The notes below the pieces were generated by a model. The model was not told where the DNA came from, ran no database searches, and saw nothing but the letters and a program-made list of their open reading frames with translations. A program made the translations under genes and the position numbers. Positions 20,241 through 29,917 of a stretch of 64,000 nt of DNA are shown piece by piece. Origin of the DNA: Nitrosopumilus sp. (GTDB taxonomy: Archaea; Thermoproteota; Nitrososphaeria; Nitrososphaerales; Nitrosopumilaceae). The stretch lies in assembly GCA_965249555.1 (NCBI GenBank), contig OZ252243.1, positions 736,001 to 800,000 on the forward strand. Direction: 5' to 3'. The number at the start of each line of letters is the position of its first letter. The first letter of the stretch is position 1.

Positions 20241-21761
20241 TTAGTCATATGTCGAATGTAAAAGATCTCTTGTTTTGTCAAACGCCATGTTTGCGTCCCA
20301 ATTCTCAGCATCAACTTGATAACGCACTAACGCCTCTATTACGATTCTGTATTTGTGGAATTCGGCAATGTATGTGCCATTAATTTTCTTGTAGAATGGG
20401 TGTCCAATATTGATAATTACGGCTTTGTCCTTTTCGCTTACATACGCTTCCATCTTTTCAGTTTCATCGTGCTCGATTTCACTTATGCTAATTCCACGTG
20501 TATTTCGAATTTTTATTTTGCCTTGTCCATCACCCTTGGGATCTAATATGATGCCTGTACCCTGCTCCTGTCCAAAAATTGTTGGATTGTCAGTACCTTT
20601 TCCTCCGCCTGATTCCTGAGATCCAGGTGTTTCTGAAATTGGTTTATCGCCATCTTTGTCAGAACCAATAGTTTCTCTGGGTCTTTTGGCAAGAAATGGA
20701 TTCAGATCTTTGAATTCGTTTGATTGTAGCATAGTATTTAATTTATCAGTTAATTTTTCTAGTTCTACATTTTTGGTGGCATCTTTCACCCTGTCTTTGT
20801 ATAATCCTTGTTCTTTAATAAAATCCCAGAACTTGTTTCTTATTTTGTTTCTGATTTTTGTCACATTTCTATTTTTTTCAAAACCCTCTTTGCTTTTAAG
20901 TACAAAACTTGCCATAAATGTCACATCTGCGTAACAAAAAATTCTTGCCCCAAAGTTATTTTTTATGCTTAACACTGTGTCTATTTTTTCATTTTCTATT
21001 CTCTTGCCATGCACTGTATATATTATGTTCTGAAAATCATCATCAAGTTCTTCATCGGATATATAAAAAAATATTTTTATTTTTTGGGAATGTATAGTGG
21101 TGCTTTTAGAAAAATGTTTTACTTTGCTTGGAAATTTTGGTTCTAATATTGTTCCGTTGATTTTAATAGTAAATAATTTTGTAATTATGGCATAATTCCA
21201 CCAAAAGTGAATGATTTTTTCTATATCTTTTTGTAGTTCTTGATATTGTTCAGATGCCAATTTACAGATGAATGTTGTTCCATCTTCATGTGGAAATTTT
21301 CTCAAATCGACAATATCTGAAATTAAATATTTTTTATTAGTAACATATTGTGCTCCTTGATCTGTCCATTTCCATTTTGTTACAAGTTTTTTTGATTTGC
21401 CTGTAATTGTTATTATCTCTGCGTTTTTATGTGATGGAAGAAATATTTTTGCTCCTATTCCTACAAATCCTATATTATCTCCAACTGTTTTTGATGATTC
21501 AAACAATGTTTGATATTTTTTGTCGAAAAACTTTTCTGGAATTGGTTCAGAATTGTTATGAAATATTATGTATTTGTCACTACCATATATTCTAAAATTA
21601 ATGTCTACGGTTGGATTTTTTGTATTATGTTCTGTGAATGCATCCTGTGCATTTGCAATAATTTCTTGAATCATAGTGATGTGAGCAGGATATTTGTATG
21701 ATTTTAACTCCATTTCCAAGGCACGTTTGGAGTTGACATGCATGGACTTCCATTCAATCAT
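20241..21761 (-). CDS. GHKL (MORC/MutL-like) ATPase
   Basis: IQEIIANAQDA (N-box), IGFVGIGAK (G2), DGTTF (G3); C-terminal VIINIGHPFY. Confidence 0.85.
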   Translation of the reverse strand: MIEWKSMHVNSKRALEMELKSYKYPAHITMIQEIIANAQDAFTEHNTKNPTVDINFRIYGSDKYIIFHNNSEPIPEKFFDKKYQTLFESSKTVGDNIGFVGIGAKIFLPSHKNAEIITITGKSKKLVTKWKWTDQGAQYVTNKKYLISDIVDLRKFPHEDGTTFICKLASEQYQELQKDIEKIIHFWWNYAIITKLFTIKINGTILEPKFPSKVKHFSKSTTIHSQKIKIFFYISDEELDDDFQNIIYTVHGKRIENEKIDTVLSIKNNFGARIFCYADVTFMASFVLKSKEGFEKNRNVTKIRNKIRNKFWDFIKEQGLYKDRVKDATKNVELEKLTDKLNTMLQSNEFKDLNPFLAKRPRETIGSDKDGDKPISETPGSQESGGGKGTDNPTIFGQEQGTGIILDPKGDGQGKIKIRNTRGISISEIEHDETEKMEAYVSEKDKAVIINIGHPFYKKINGTYIAEFHKYRIVIEALVRYQVDAENWDANMAFDKTRDLLHSTYD

Positions 21762-21896
21762 GACATAACTAAATCCGCCTCGTATTTTTAAATATGTAAA
21801 TCATATAAAAATTACTTTTGCCAACCATTTGCATTATGTCAAATCTACTGTGAAGGTTCTAAAATGATTATATATAGCATCAACGCTTTTGCCCAC

Positions 21897-22220
21897 ATGA
21901 GCCAAGATATCAAATTAATGCGAGTGAAAATATTTGACGAGTTATCAAAGATTGTGGATCCAGAAATTAACACATCAATTGTTGATTTAGAATTAATTGA
22001 TGAGGTCGATATCAATGACAGTAATGTGAAAGTTGATCTGCATCTTACTAGTCCATTCTGTCCAGCAGTATTTGGTTTTAAGATTTGTCAAGATGTTCAT
22101 GACAATCTTTTGAAGGTAGATGGAGTGGATGATGTCAAGGTAAATGTTTCAAATCACTTTATGGCAGAACAGATCAACAATCAGGTAAACAACAGCCCAA
22201 ATCCAAAAAAACTAGGTTAA
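21897..22220 (+). CDS. DUF59 / SufT-like Fe-S cluster assembly protein
   Basis: VDPEINTSIVDLELI, LTSPFCP; start set at MSQDIK. Confidence 0.9.
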   Translation: MSQDIKLMRVKIFDELSKIVDPEINTSIVDLELIDEVDINDSNVKVDLHLTSPFCPAVFGFKICQDVHDNLLKVDGVDDVKVNVSNHFMAEQINNQVNNSPNPKKLG

Positions 22221-22969
22221 CTTTTAAAACCTAGCATATATCCTCGAAGTAGTTGTATTCCCATTGCAGGATCAACTCCTTTTGGACATACCTGACTGCA
22301 GGACCCAGCAAAGTGACATCTCCATATGCCATGAGATTCATCAATCATCTTGAGTCTGGAATCTTTTCCCTTATCTCTACTATCAGCAACATATCGATAT
22401 GCCTGAGCTAATGCTTGTGGGCCAACAAACGAAGAGTCTGTCGCCATTGTAGGACATGCGGCATTGCACAAACCACATTTGATACAATTGGCAAATTGGA
22501 TGTATTGTTCTACTTCTTTAGGAGATTGCAAAAATTCTTTTTCATCGGATTCTATCTCAGTGTCATCTCGAATCAGATACGGCTTGATTTTACGATGAGT
22601 GTCAAACAATCTCTCAAACTTTACTGCCAAATCACGAATAATTGGAAAGTTGCTCATAGGTTCAACTGTAACAACATTGGAATCAAGCTCACTAATTTTT
22701 GTAAAACATGCAAGTCTAGGTTTTCCGTTAATCATCATTCCGCATGAGCCACATGTAGCTTGTCGACAAGAATAACGAACTGCCACTGAGTGATCAAAGT
22801 ATTGTTTGACCTCAAGAATTGCCTCAAGAACGGTAGTCCATTTCTCATATGAAACATTAAATTCCATAAATCCGCTTGCATCATCATATTCAGGATTGTA
22901 TCTTGAAATTCGAAGCGTAACTGACTTTGATGTCGCTTGTTTGTCTGCAACACCAGATACCTGTGCCAT
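22217..22969 (-). CDS. sdhB: Succinate dehydrogenase iron-sulfur subunit
   Basis: SCRQATCGSC, CIKCGLCNAACP, CHFAGSCSQVCPKG. Confidence 0.95.
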   Translation of the reverse strand: MAQVSGVADKQATSKSVTLRISRYNPEYDDASGFMEFNVSYEKWTTVLEAILEVKQYFDHSVAVRYSCRQATCGSCGMMINGKPRLACFTKISELDSNVVTVEPMSNFPIIRDLAVKFERLFDTHRKIKPYLIRDDTEIESDEKEFLQSPKEVEQYIQFANCIKCGLCNAACPTMATDSSFVGPQALAQAYRYVADSRDKGKDSRLKMIDESHGIWRCHFAGSCSQVCPKGVDPAMGIQLLRGYMLGFKS

Positions 22970-22972
22970 CTT

Positions 22973-23329
22973 CTAGACCATCCCCATGTTAACCATAATG
23001 ATAGTCCTTGAGCCATATGCTATTAATCCAACCATTGCTGCAAGGCAACCATAAGAGACGGCTTTTTCGTAAGTTCTTCCTTGTTTTAACTCCAATAAAA
23101 TAACTCGCAGTCCATTAAACCCATGGACTGAAATCAACACCAGGATTAACTCCAACATTACAGCATATGGAATGAATTTGTAGTTGGCAATGACACTCTC
23201 ATATTCCAAAGATTCTGCAAATCCCTGCGTAAGACGCATCAAAATGTGAACTGCCACTAGTGCCACTGCTGCAATGGCAGTTCCGTAGTGAATCTTCATG
23301 ATTGTACTTTCTCTCATCTTATTCACCAA
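22973..23329 (-). CDS. sdhD: Succinate dehydrogenase membrane anchor
   Basis: Three TM segments, HGFNGLR; operon position. Confidence 0.85.
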   Translation of the reverse strand: MVNKMRESTIMKIHYGTAIAAVALVAVHILMRLTQGFAESLEYESVIANYKFIPYAVMLELILVLISVHGFNGLRVILLELKQGRTYEKAVSYGCLAAMVGLIAYGSRTIIMVNMGMV

Positions 23330-23750
23330 ACATTACCGCTAGCCCATACATCATTGCAACTGCTGCAAGAACAATTGCAGAGTAGATGCCTATCTTGTGT
23401 CTGTAGTTTTGTGATGCCGGATCATATGGATAATCAGGCCTGGCAGGTTTTCCCACACCAACCCCTCCATGTCCCAACATCACTCTAACTCCATTAACAG
23501 TATGAAATACACACATTCCAATTACAATTGCCAAAATAGCATGACCTTCAGTAGTTGCTGTCATTTCCATCAGTTCATCCCATCCAACTCGTCCTCTCAG
23601 GATATTACTTGTTTCATAGATATGGGCGATAAAATATGCTAACAGTCCCAATCCACTCAGTCGCATCAACAGATATGCAACTCGTTCTATCCCATAGCGA
23701 CGAGGGTTGATCATTCCTCTAATGCCTTCTTTGTTTTCGTCCCGAGTCAT
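23319..23750 (-). CDS. sdhC: Succinate dehydrogenase cytochrome b subunit
   Basis: RLSG, HTVNGVR, TM segments; operon position. Confidence 0.85.
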   Translation of the reverse strand: MTRDENKEGIRGMINPRRYGIERVAYLLMRLSGLGLLAYFIAHIYETSNILRGRVGWDELMEMTATTEGHAILAIVIGMCVFHTVNGVRVMLGHGGVGVGKPARPDYPYDPASQNYRHKIGIYSAIVLAAVAMMYGLAVMFGE

Positions 23751-25463
23751 CTAATATTTTCTCTCCACTGGCTGGTACTTTGTAATTGTGACTGGATGTG
23801 TTTTCATGATTGGCTCATCTGGATCATAGTAAGCAAGTGTATGATGTAAGAAGTTTGTATCATCACGTTTAGTATGATCTGTTCTAGCATGTGCGCCACG
23901 AGATTCTTTTCGATTAATTGCGCCAATCAACACAATCTCTGCCACTCTGAACATAGAATCAAGTTCCATGACATTTGAAAAGTTGGTATTGTACTCTTTT
24001 GCTTTGTCATCAACATGTTTCCAGGCTTGCACTTTTAGTTCACGAATCTTTTTGAGACCTGCAACTAGATCAGTTTCATTTCTGTAGACATATGCCTTTT
24101 CATTCATGGTATCAGTAAGTTGCTGTCTAATTTCATATGGATTTACATTACCATTTCCTCGAAAAATCCCATCATAGATTCTTTTTTCTTCTGCCACAAC
24201 CAAGTGATGGGGCCAAGGAATTGATGGAACGCCCTTTTGGATATACTCTGCTGCCAATTCTCCCGTAATTTTACCCCAGACGATGCATTCTGAGGTGGAA
24301 TTTGCGCCTAGTCTGTTTGAGCCATGAACGCTATTACATGCAGCCTCACCTGCAGCCCAAACTCCCAGCATCTCTGTTGCACCTTGAATATCAGTATGAA
24401 GTCCACCCATCATATAATGGCAGACAGGTCTAATGTCAAGTAATTCTTTGGCAGGATCAGCACCAGAAAATTTGATGGAGATCTCTCTAATTCCGCCTAA
24501 CTTCTCTTTGATTTTTTCATCTCCAATATGTCTCAAATCAAGCTTCATACAATCAACTCCAGTTTCATGTTTGAATCCTCGGCCTTCTTTAATTTCTGTC
24601 ATTATTGATCTTGATACGATATCACGTGGAGCTAATTCCATTTTGCTTTCAGCATAATTCTTCATAAATCGTTCACCTTTGTTGTTAAGCAGGTATGCAC
24701 CTTCGCCGCGTGCACCCTCTGTGATCAAAATTCCAGATGGTAAAATTCCTGTTGGATGGAATTGTACAAACTCCATGTCTTTTAGTGCCAAGCCGGCACG
24801 AAATCCCATATCCAAACCATCTGGAGTTGATGACAATGCATAGGTTGAAAAACTGTACAATCTTCCAGCGCCGCCAGTTGCAATGATAAGGGCTTTGCCT
24901 TTGATTGTGTAAAATGTACCAGAAGACAGTTCTATTGCAGTAAGTCCCATGAATCGTCTTCCATCGTGAACTATTGATGTTGCAAACCATTCGTTAAGAT
25001 ATTCTATATTTTCATATTTCTGACATGTGTCATACAATGTCTGCATTTCAAAAAAGCCAACCTTATCGGATGCATAAGTTGCTCTTGGAAAACTATAACC
25101 GCCAAAGTTTCTTTGATCAATCCTGCCATCATCTTTTCTGGACCATGGCATTCCCCAGTGTTCCAACTGATAGATTTCTTTTGGCGCTTCCACACAAAGT
25201 TTTTCAGCAACATCTTGGTCTGCAAGAAAGTCACTTCCTTTGACAGTGTCATAAATATGGGATTCAATGGTATCACCTCCGTCTTCACAAATTACTGCTG
25301 CAGTTCCCCCTTCTGCAGATACAGAATGAGAACGCATTACTTGTAATTTTGAAACAATGCCGATTTTGAGATTTGGTCCCTTTTTTGCAGCCGCTATTGC
25401 AGCCCTCAAGCCAGCAAGGCCAGAACCGCAAATTATCAAATCAAATTCTATAGAATCTACCAT
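23751..25463 (-). CDS. sdhA: Succinate dehydrogenase flavoprotein
   Basis: GSGLAGL, RSHSVSAEGG, QFHPTG, HGSNRLGANS. Confidence 0.96.
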   Translation of the reverse strand: MVDSIEFDLIICGSGLAGLRAAIAAAKKGPNLKIGIVSKLQVMRSHSVSAEGGTAAVICEDGGDTIESHIYDTVKGSDFLADQDVAEKLCVEAPKEIYQLEHWGMPWSRKDDGRIDQRNFGGYSFPRATYASDKVGFFEMQTLYDTCQKYENIEYLNEWFATSIVHDGRRFMGLTAIELSSGTFYTIKGKALIIATGGAGRLYSFSTYALSSTPDGLDMGFRAGLALKDMEFVQFHPTGILPSGILITEGARGEGAYLLNNKGERFMKNYAESKMELAPRDIVSRSIMTEIKEGRGFKHETGVDCMKLDLRHIGDEKIKEKLGGIREISIKFSGADPAKELLDIRPVCHYMMGGLHTDIQGATEMLGVWAAGEAACNSVHGSNRLGANSTSECIVWGKITGELAAEYIQKGVPSIPWPHHLVVAEEKRIYDGIFRGNGNVNPYEIRQQLTDTMNEKAYVYRNETDLVAGLKKIRELKVQAWKHVDDKAKEYNTNFSNVMELDSMFRVAEIVLIGAINRKESRGAHARTDHTKRDDTNFLHHTLAYYDPDEPIMKTHPVTITKYQPVERKY

Positions 25464-25544
25464 TTTTCAGACAAACTTGCTTTGAGTGGGATAAATATGT
25501 AGTAATTGGCAGGCATGATCCCAAAATATTAAAATATATCACTA

Positions 25545-26069
25545 GTGATATCACTAGTGATGATTTCTGAATGGCTTCAGAGAGTAGGAAGTTCAATTCC
25601 CAGGGGATTTTCAAGATATTTCATCTTAGAACTATTGAAAAAGAAAACACGTACTGGAAAAGAGATCATCGATTATGCAGTTGAACAAAGTAATGGGATT
25701 TGGAAACCATCTCCAGGATTGATATATCCATTGCTAGGCAGATTACTAGATGAAGGACTAATTGAGGAGAGTAAAGATGGAAGATACCAATTAACAAAGA
25801 AAGGAAAGGAAACAGCAGAGGATGTGGATAAGATAAATGATATTGTTAGAAAACAATTAGAGGTTTTGTTTAGACTCAGCAATGTGGGAAAATTTGTTGC
25901 TATGGATCTATTAGAAAAGATTTCAGCAATGGGATCTATCCTTAGTTCAAATTTTGCCCATATGACTGATGAAGAGACCAAGAAATACAAGCATTTTCTT
26001 GAATCAGAATTAAAGAAAATTCAAGGAAAAGAAGTAAAGAAAAAAGGCAAGGAAATTAAGATCGAATAG
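25545..26069 (+). CDS. PadR-family transcriptional regulator
   Basis: WKPSPGLIYPLL...YQLTKKG; start may be the ATG at 25560. Confidence 0.88.
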   Translation: MISLVMISEWLQRVGSSIPRGFSRYFILELLKKKTRTGKEIIDYAVEQSNGIWKPSPGLIYPLLGRLLDEGLIEESKDGRYQLTKKGKETAEDVDKINDIVRKQLEVLFRLSNVGKFVAMDLLEKISAMGSILSSNFAHMTDEETKKYKHFLESELKKIQGKEVKKKGKEIKIE

Positions 26070-26172
26070 TAATGGAAAAATTATTTGGATAGTTTAAGAA
26101 CCAAATAATATCTATGAAATGATATTGGATAATTTTTGAAAGTCATAAATAATTCAGGGAAAGAACACAATT

Positions 26173-27039
26173 ATGAAAAATTTGAGAAGCATGTTAAAAT
26201 CAAAAAAACCACTTGTTATTCCAGGAGTTTATGATGCATTAGGAGCAAAAATTGCCCAAAAAGTTGGATTTGATGCAATGTTTCAAACGGGTTATGGAAC
26301 ATCTGCAACTCTATTTGGAATGCCAGACTATGGATTTATTGGAGCTGCAGAAACAGTGGATAATGCAAGACGCATATGCAGAGCAGTTTCAGTACCTGTA
26401 ATTGTAGATTCAGATACAGGATATGGAAATGCTTTGAGTGTATGGAAGATAGTAAAGGAATTAGAATCAGCAGGGGCGGCAGGGATTTTTCTTGAAGATC
26501 AAAGATGGCCTAAAAGATGTGGACACATGCAAGGAAAAGAGGTGATTTCACAAGCGGAATACACTGAAAAATTATCAGCGGCACTTGATGCAAGAGAGAG
26601 TAAAGATTTCATAATTGTTGCAAGAACAGATGCAAGAGCTACTGAGGGATTAGATGCAGCCATTGAACGTGGAAAACAAAACAAGAGAACAGGGGCAAAT
26701 GCTGTATTTGTAGAAGCGCCAAGATCATTAGATGAGATGAAAAGAATTGGAAAGGAGATCAATGCGCCATTAGTTGCAAACATGATTGAAGGGGGAGCTA
26801 CGCCATTGAGTTCAGCTGAAACATTAAGCAAGATGGGATTTAAAATAATTCTTTATCCACTGTCTGTTTTGTATGCCAACACATTTGCAACCATGAATAT
26901 TCTAAAAGAGCTAAAGAAATCAGGCAACACCGCAAAATACAAACAAAAAGTTGTGAGTTTTGATCAGTTTAATGACTTGGTTGAACTTCCAAAATTCAGA
27001 AAGATGGAAGAGAAATTCAAATCTTCAAAAAGAGCATAA
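26173..27039 (+). CDS. Isocitrate lyase/PEP mutase family enzyme (methylisocitrate lyase-like)
   Basis: DSDTGYG, EDQRWPKRCGH, ARTDA. Confidence 0.9.
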   Translation: MKNLRSMLKSKKPLVIPGVYDALGAKIAQKVGFDAMFQTGYGTSATLFGMPDYGFIGAAETVDNARRICRAVSVPVIVDSDTGYGNALSVWKIVKELESAGAAGIFLEDQRWPKRCGHMQGKEVISQAEYTEKLSAALDARESKDFIIVARTDARATEGLDAAIERGKQNKRTGANAVFVEAPRSLDEMKRIGKEINAPLVANMIEGGATPLSSAETLSKMGFKIILYPLSVLYANTFATMNILKELKKSGNTAKYKQKVVSFDQFNDLVELPKFRKMEEKFKSSKRA

Positions 27040-27065
27040 AAGAAAAAATTTCAAGTAAAGCGCAG

Positions 27066-27542
27066 TTATCCTGTGTTTCTCTTTACTTCAATTTCTATCG
27101 TTGAAACGTTTCTGGTTCTACCGTCTTGTGACTCTAATGCTTCTGAGCCAATTTTAATTTCTCCAATAGTGTATCCTGCACTTTCTGTTTTTCGTGCAAT
27201 GATTTGAGATACATCTACAGCACGACCAATGCTCATTCCTCTAGCTTTGATGTGGACGGCTGGTAAGTTTGCCAATTGAATTAGCGAGGATGTTACATAT
27301 GCCATCAATGGCTTCTTACCAATGAATATGGTATCCCTGGTACCTGAAGATTCTCTGGGTTTTGAATTCTGTGTGTTTTCTGTATTTTCTCTAGGTGCAG
27401 AATTCTCTGTGTTTTCTGTATTTTCTCTAGGTGCAGAATTCTCTGTGTTTTCTGTATTTTCTCTAGGTGCAGAATTCTCTGTGTTTTCCGGAGTTTCTTT
27501 AGATTCAGAAGACTGTGTGTTTTCTGTCGACATAGCATTCAA
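27066..27542 (-). CDS. albA: Alba chromatin protein with repetitive N-terminal extension
   Basis: IFIGKKPLMAYV, IKARGMSIGRAVDV, NVSTIEI. Confidence 0.93.
   Translation of the reverse strand: MNAMSTENTQSSESKETPENTENSAPRENTENTENSAPRENTENTENSAPRENTENTQNSKPRESSGTRDTIFIGKKPLMAYVTSSLIQLANLPAVHIKARGMSIGRAVDVSQIIARKTESAGYTIGEIKIGSEALESQDGRTRNVSTIEIEVKRNTG
27373..27488. repeat. 36-bp perfect tandem repeat x3.2 in albA
   Basis: GTGTTTTCTGTATTTTCTCTAGGTGCAGAATTCTCT x3; encodes ENTENSAPRENT. Confidence 0.95.
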
Positions 27543-27645
27543 CCACTTGAGGATAATTTAAGTTAAGAGTTTTTTGTGAATTTGACGAAAAAATTTTAAA
27601 AAATTTCAACCATTATTAACTAGAAAGGAGTAATTTCCTCAGAAC

Positions 27646-28185
27646 TTGGAAGATATTTCAAAAGTTTTAGAATCAGGAAGTTGTGAAGAAAAAATCAAAA
27701 TTTTAGAAACTCTAGAGTGTACAGAAAACCCAGAAATTTTAGAAAGGATAATTTTGAAATTGGATGATGATGATATTCAAGTTAGAGGAGAGGCGTTTAG
27801 CTCTCTTGTATTAAACGAAAATAAAATATCAAATTTTTTAATTAAAAGTTTGAATTCTGCAAGCAAAAACATCAGGGGTTTTGCATCATTGGTACTGGCA
27901 AACAGAAATGAAATAACTGCAATTCCAGAAATTATAAAGCTTGCAAAAGATGAGCACTCTATGGTCAGAGCATGCGCAATTGGAGCACTAGGGTATCTCA
28001 AAGCTCAAGAAGCTAGAGAAATTTTTCTTGAATCTTTGTCAGATTCTAATTTGGAAGTAAGAAAAAGTGCGCTTCAGGCAGTTATTGATCTAAATATCAC
28101 AGTTTCAGAAAATAAGATGAATGAAATTAGTAGAGAAGAAGATCCTGAGATAAAAAAACTGCTTTTGCTATTGAAAAAGAAATAG
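27646..28185 (+). CDS. HEAT-repeat protein
   Basis: DDIQVRGEA, MVRACAIGALG, EVRKSALQA. Confidence 0.85.
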   Translation: MEDISKVLESGSCEEKIKILETLECTENPEILERIILKLDDDDIQVRGEAFSSLVLNENKISNFLIKSLNSASKNIRGFASLVLANRNEITAIPEIIKLAKDEHSMVRACAIGALGYLKAQEAREIFLESLSDSNLEVRKSALQAVIDLNITVSENKMNEISREEDPEIKKLLLLLKKK

Positions 28186-28259
28186 TGGACCGGAAGGGAT
28201 TTGAACCCTCGATCCGATGCATGCCATGCACCTATCCTACCGGACTAGACGACCGGCCC
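28186..28259 (-). tRNA. tRNA-Ala(GGC)
   Basis: GGGCCGG acceptor with G3:U70; anticodon arm GGTGC-ATGGCAT-GCATC; TTCAAAT T-loop. Confidence 0.93.
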
Positions 28260-28383
28260 AATAATCAGAATTCTGATCGAATAATATTTTTCAAATTGGT
28301 TATTAACGTTTAGCGGTCGGTGAAATTTAGTATGAAACTAACACAAAAGATATTTAACCATAATTAATCATGATTGAATCGTT

Positions 28384-29229
28384 ATGGTGGTAGATAACAA
28401 AGCAACTGTCACATATGTTCAATTATTAAAAGAAGATCTTGTAATTATCAGACTAGTTCCAAAAGATGTTCCAGTTCCAGATTTCAGAGCTGGTCAATTC
28501 ATCACATTGGGATTACCAAATCCTGTAGAAGGTGGAAAAATCGTTAGACGGGCATATTCAATTGCATCTCATCCAGAAAATAAAGAGTACATTGAGCTTG
28601 TAATTAGATGGGTTAGAAAACCGCTCCCAGGCAGATTAACTACACAGTTATTTAATCTAAAAGAAGGAGACGAGATTCTCTGGTTGAAACCTACAGGTAA
28701 AGCACTAGACGTTAATGAAGAACTTCCAAACGGGGAAAAAGATAACAGAAGGATTATTTGCATAGGTGGAGGTACAGGTCTTGCACCATTTGTCAGTTTT
28801 GCACAGCACTTTCATGATACTGAGGACAAGCGGGAAATCATAGTTTTACAAGGTGCCAGCTACGTTGATGAGTTAAGTTACAAAGATTTGCTAACCTCGC
28901 TTGAAGACGAGAGTATTGCAAAAGGCAAGGACAAGTGGAACTTTAAGTACAGAGCTGCAATCAGCAGACCTCAAGAATGGTTCAACAGATCATGGGGAGG
29001 TCAAATTGGAAGAGTTGAAACATTCCTAAGACCTAGAGAGGATGGAATGTCACCACTAGAAGAACTAGTTGGCGATAAAATCACCAAAGACAATACCATA
29101 TTCTATGTTTGTGGTTGGCAGGGAACAATAGATGGCGTAATGGATTTCTTAAAACCAAAAGGTTTTGTCACAGAACATGACAAACGCAAAGACGGAAGCT
29201 TTGAACTCAAATACGAGTCATACGGATAG
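28384..29229 (+). CDS. Ferredoxin-NADP+ reductase (paralog 2)
   Basis: RRAYSIAS, GGGTGLAPF, YVCG, YESYG. Confidence 0.9.
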   Translation: MVVDNKATVTYVQLLKEDLVIIRLVPKDVPVPDFRAGQFITLGLPNPVEGGKIVRRAYSIASHPENKEYIELVIRWVRKPLPGRLTTQLFNLKEGDEILWLKPTGKALDVNEELPNGEKDNRRIICIGGGTGLAPFVSFAQHFHDTEDKREIIVLQGASYVDELSYKDLLTSLEDESIAKGKDKWNFKYRAAISRPQEWFNRSWGGQIGRVETFLRPREDGMSPLEELVGDKITKDNTIFYVCGWQGTIDGVMDFLKPKGFVTEHDKRKDGSFELKYESYG

Positions 29230-29280
29230 AATTATCAAAAAATCAATCATTGAAATATGAGATTTGTCCATGAATTATAA

Positions 29281-29883
29281 TTGATTACTGCACTATACCT
29301 TGCGCATCTAAATCCAGTGACAAACGCGCATGTTGAAATTATTTCAGAGTTGAAAAAAGAGGCCGATATCGTCAAAGTCATGCCGGTAGTTTTCAAAGAT
29401 GAGAATAGAGAGATAAACAGTAAAAGCTTTCCTTTTAATTTTGAAACCAGAAAGAAGATGCTCATGTCAGTTTTTGAAGACTCGATTCAAATTACAGATG
29501 ATTATGCATTTTTTGCTCCATTTAAAAAATACCTGCCACCTTTAATTAGATCAAGGTCATGGAAATTAAAAAAACAAATTCTTCGCGGAGTGGAGGGTGA
29601 CTTTTTTTCCTATACAGGAGACAAAGCCGAAGGCTATATGCTAAAAATGTACAGGCTAAAACCAAAGTTGGGGGAAAGGAAGTCACTTTCTGCATCATCA
29701 GTTAAAGAAAAATTGTTTGATGCCGCGCTTGGAAAAGAGACAACGTGGAAAGAAGACGTCCCAGAAAGCATAGTCAAAATAATAGAAGAAGAGTGGGCTA
29801 TAGTAGAGAAATTTGCAAACATGGAAGATAAAACTACCAGAGTTGTAGGAATGAAATTTCCTAAAGAAGGATATTCGAAATAA
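29281..29883 (+). CDS. Cytidylyltransferase-like (HIGH-type) nucleotidyltransferase
   Basis: AHLNPVTNAH (HxxH-like), PFNFETRKKM, LSASSVK. Confidence 0.7.
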   Translation: MITALYLAHLNPVTNAHVEIISELKKEADIVKVMPVVFKDENREINSKSFPFNFETRKKMLMSVFEDSIQITDDYAFFAPFKKYLPPLIRSRSWKLKKQILRGVEGDFFSYTGDKAEGYMLKMYRLKPKLGERKSLSASSVKEKLFDAALGKETTWKEDVPESIVKIIEEEWAIVEKFANMEDKTTRVVGMKFPKEGYSK

Positions 29884-29917
29884 ATAGAGATTAATACACA
29901 GTCAGTAAGAATTTTCT

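Noticed and set aside
27373-27488. 36-bp repeats as a CRISPR array
   Set aside because: No spacers; head-to-tail, in frame within albA; no cas genes
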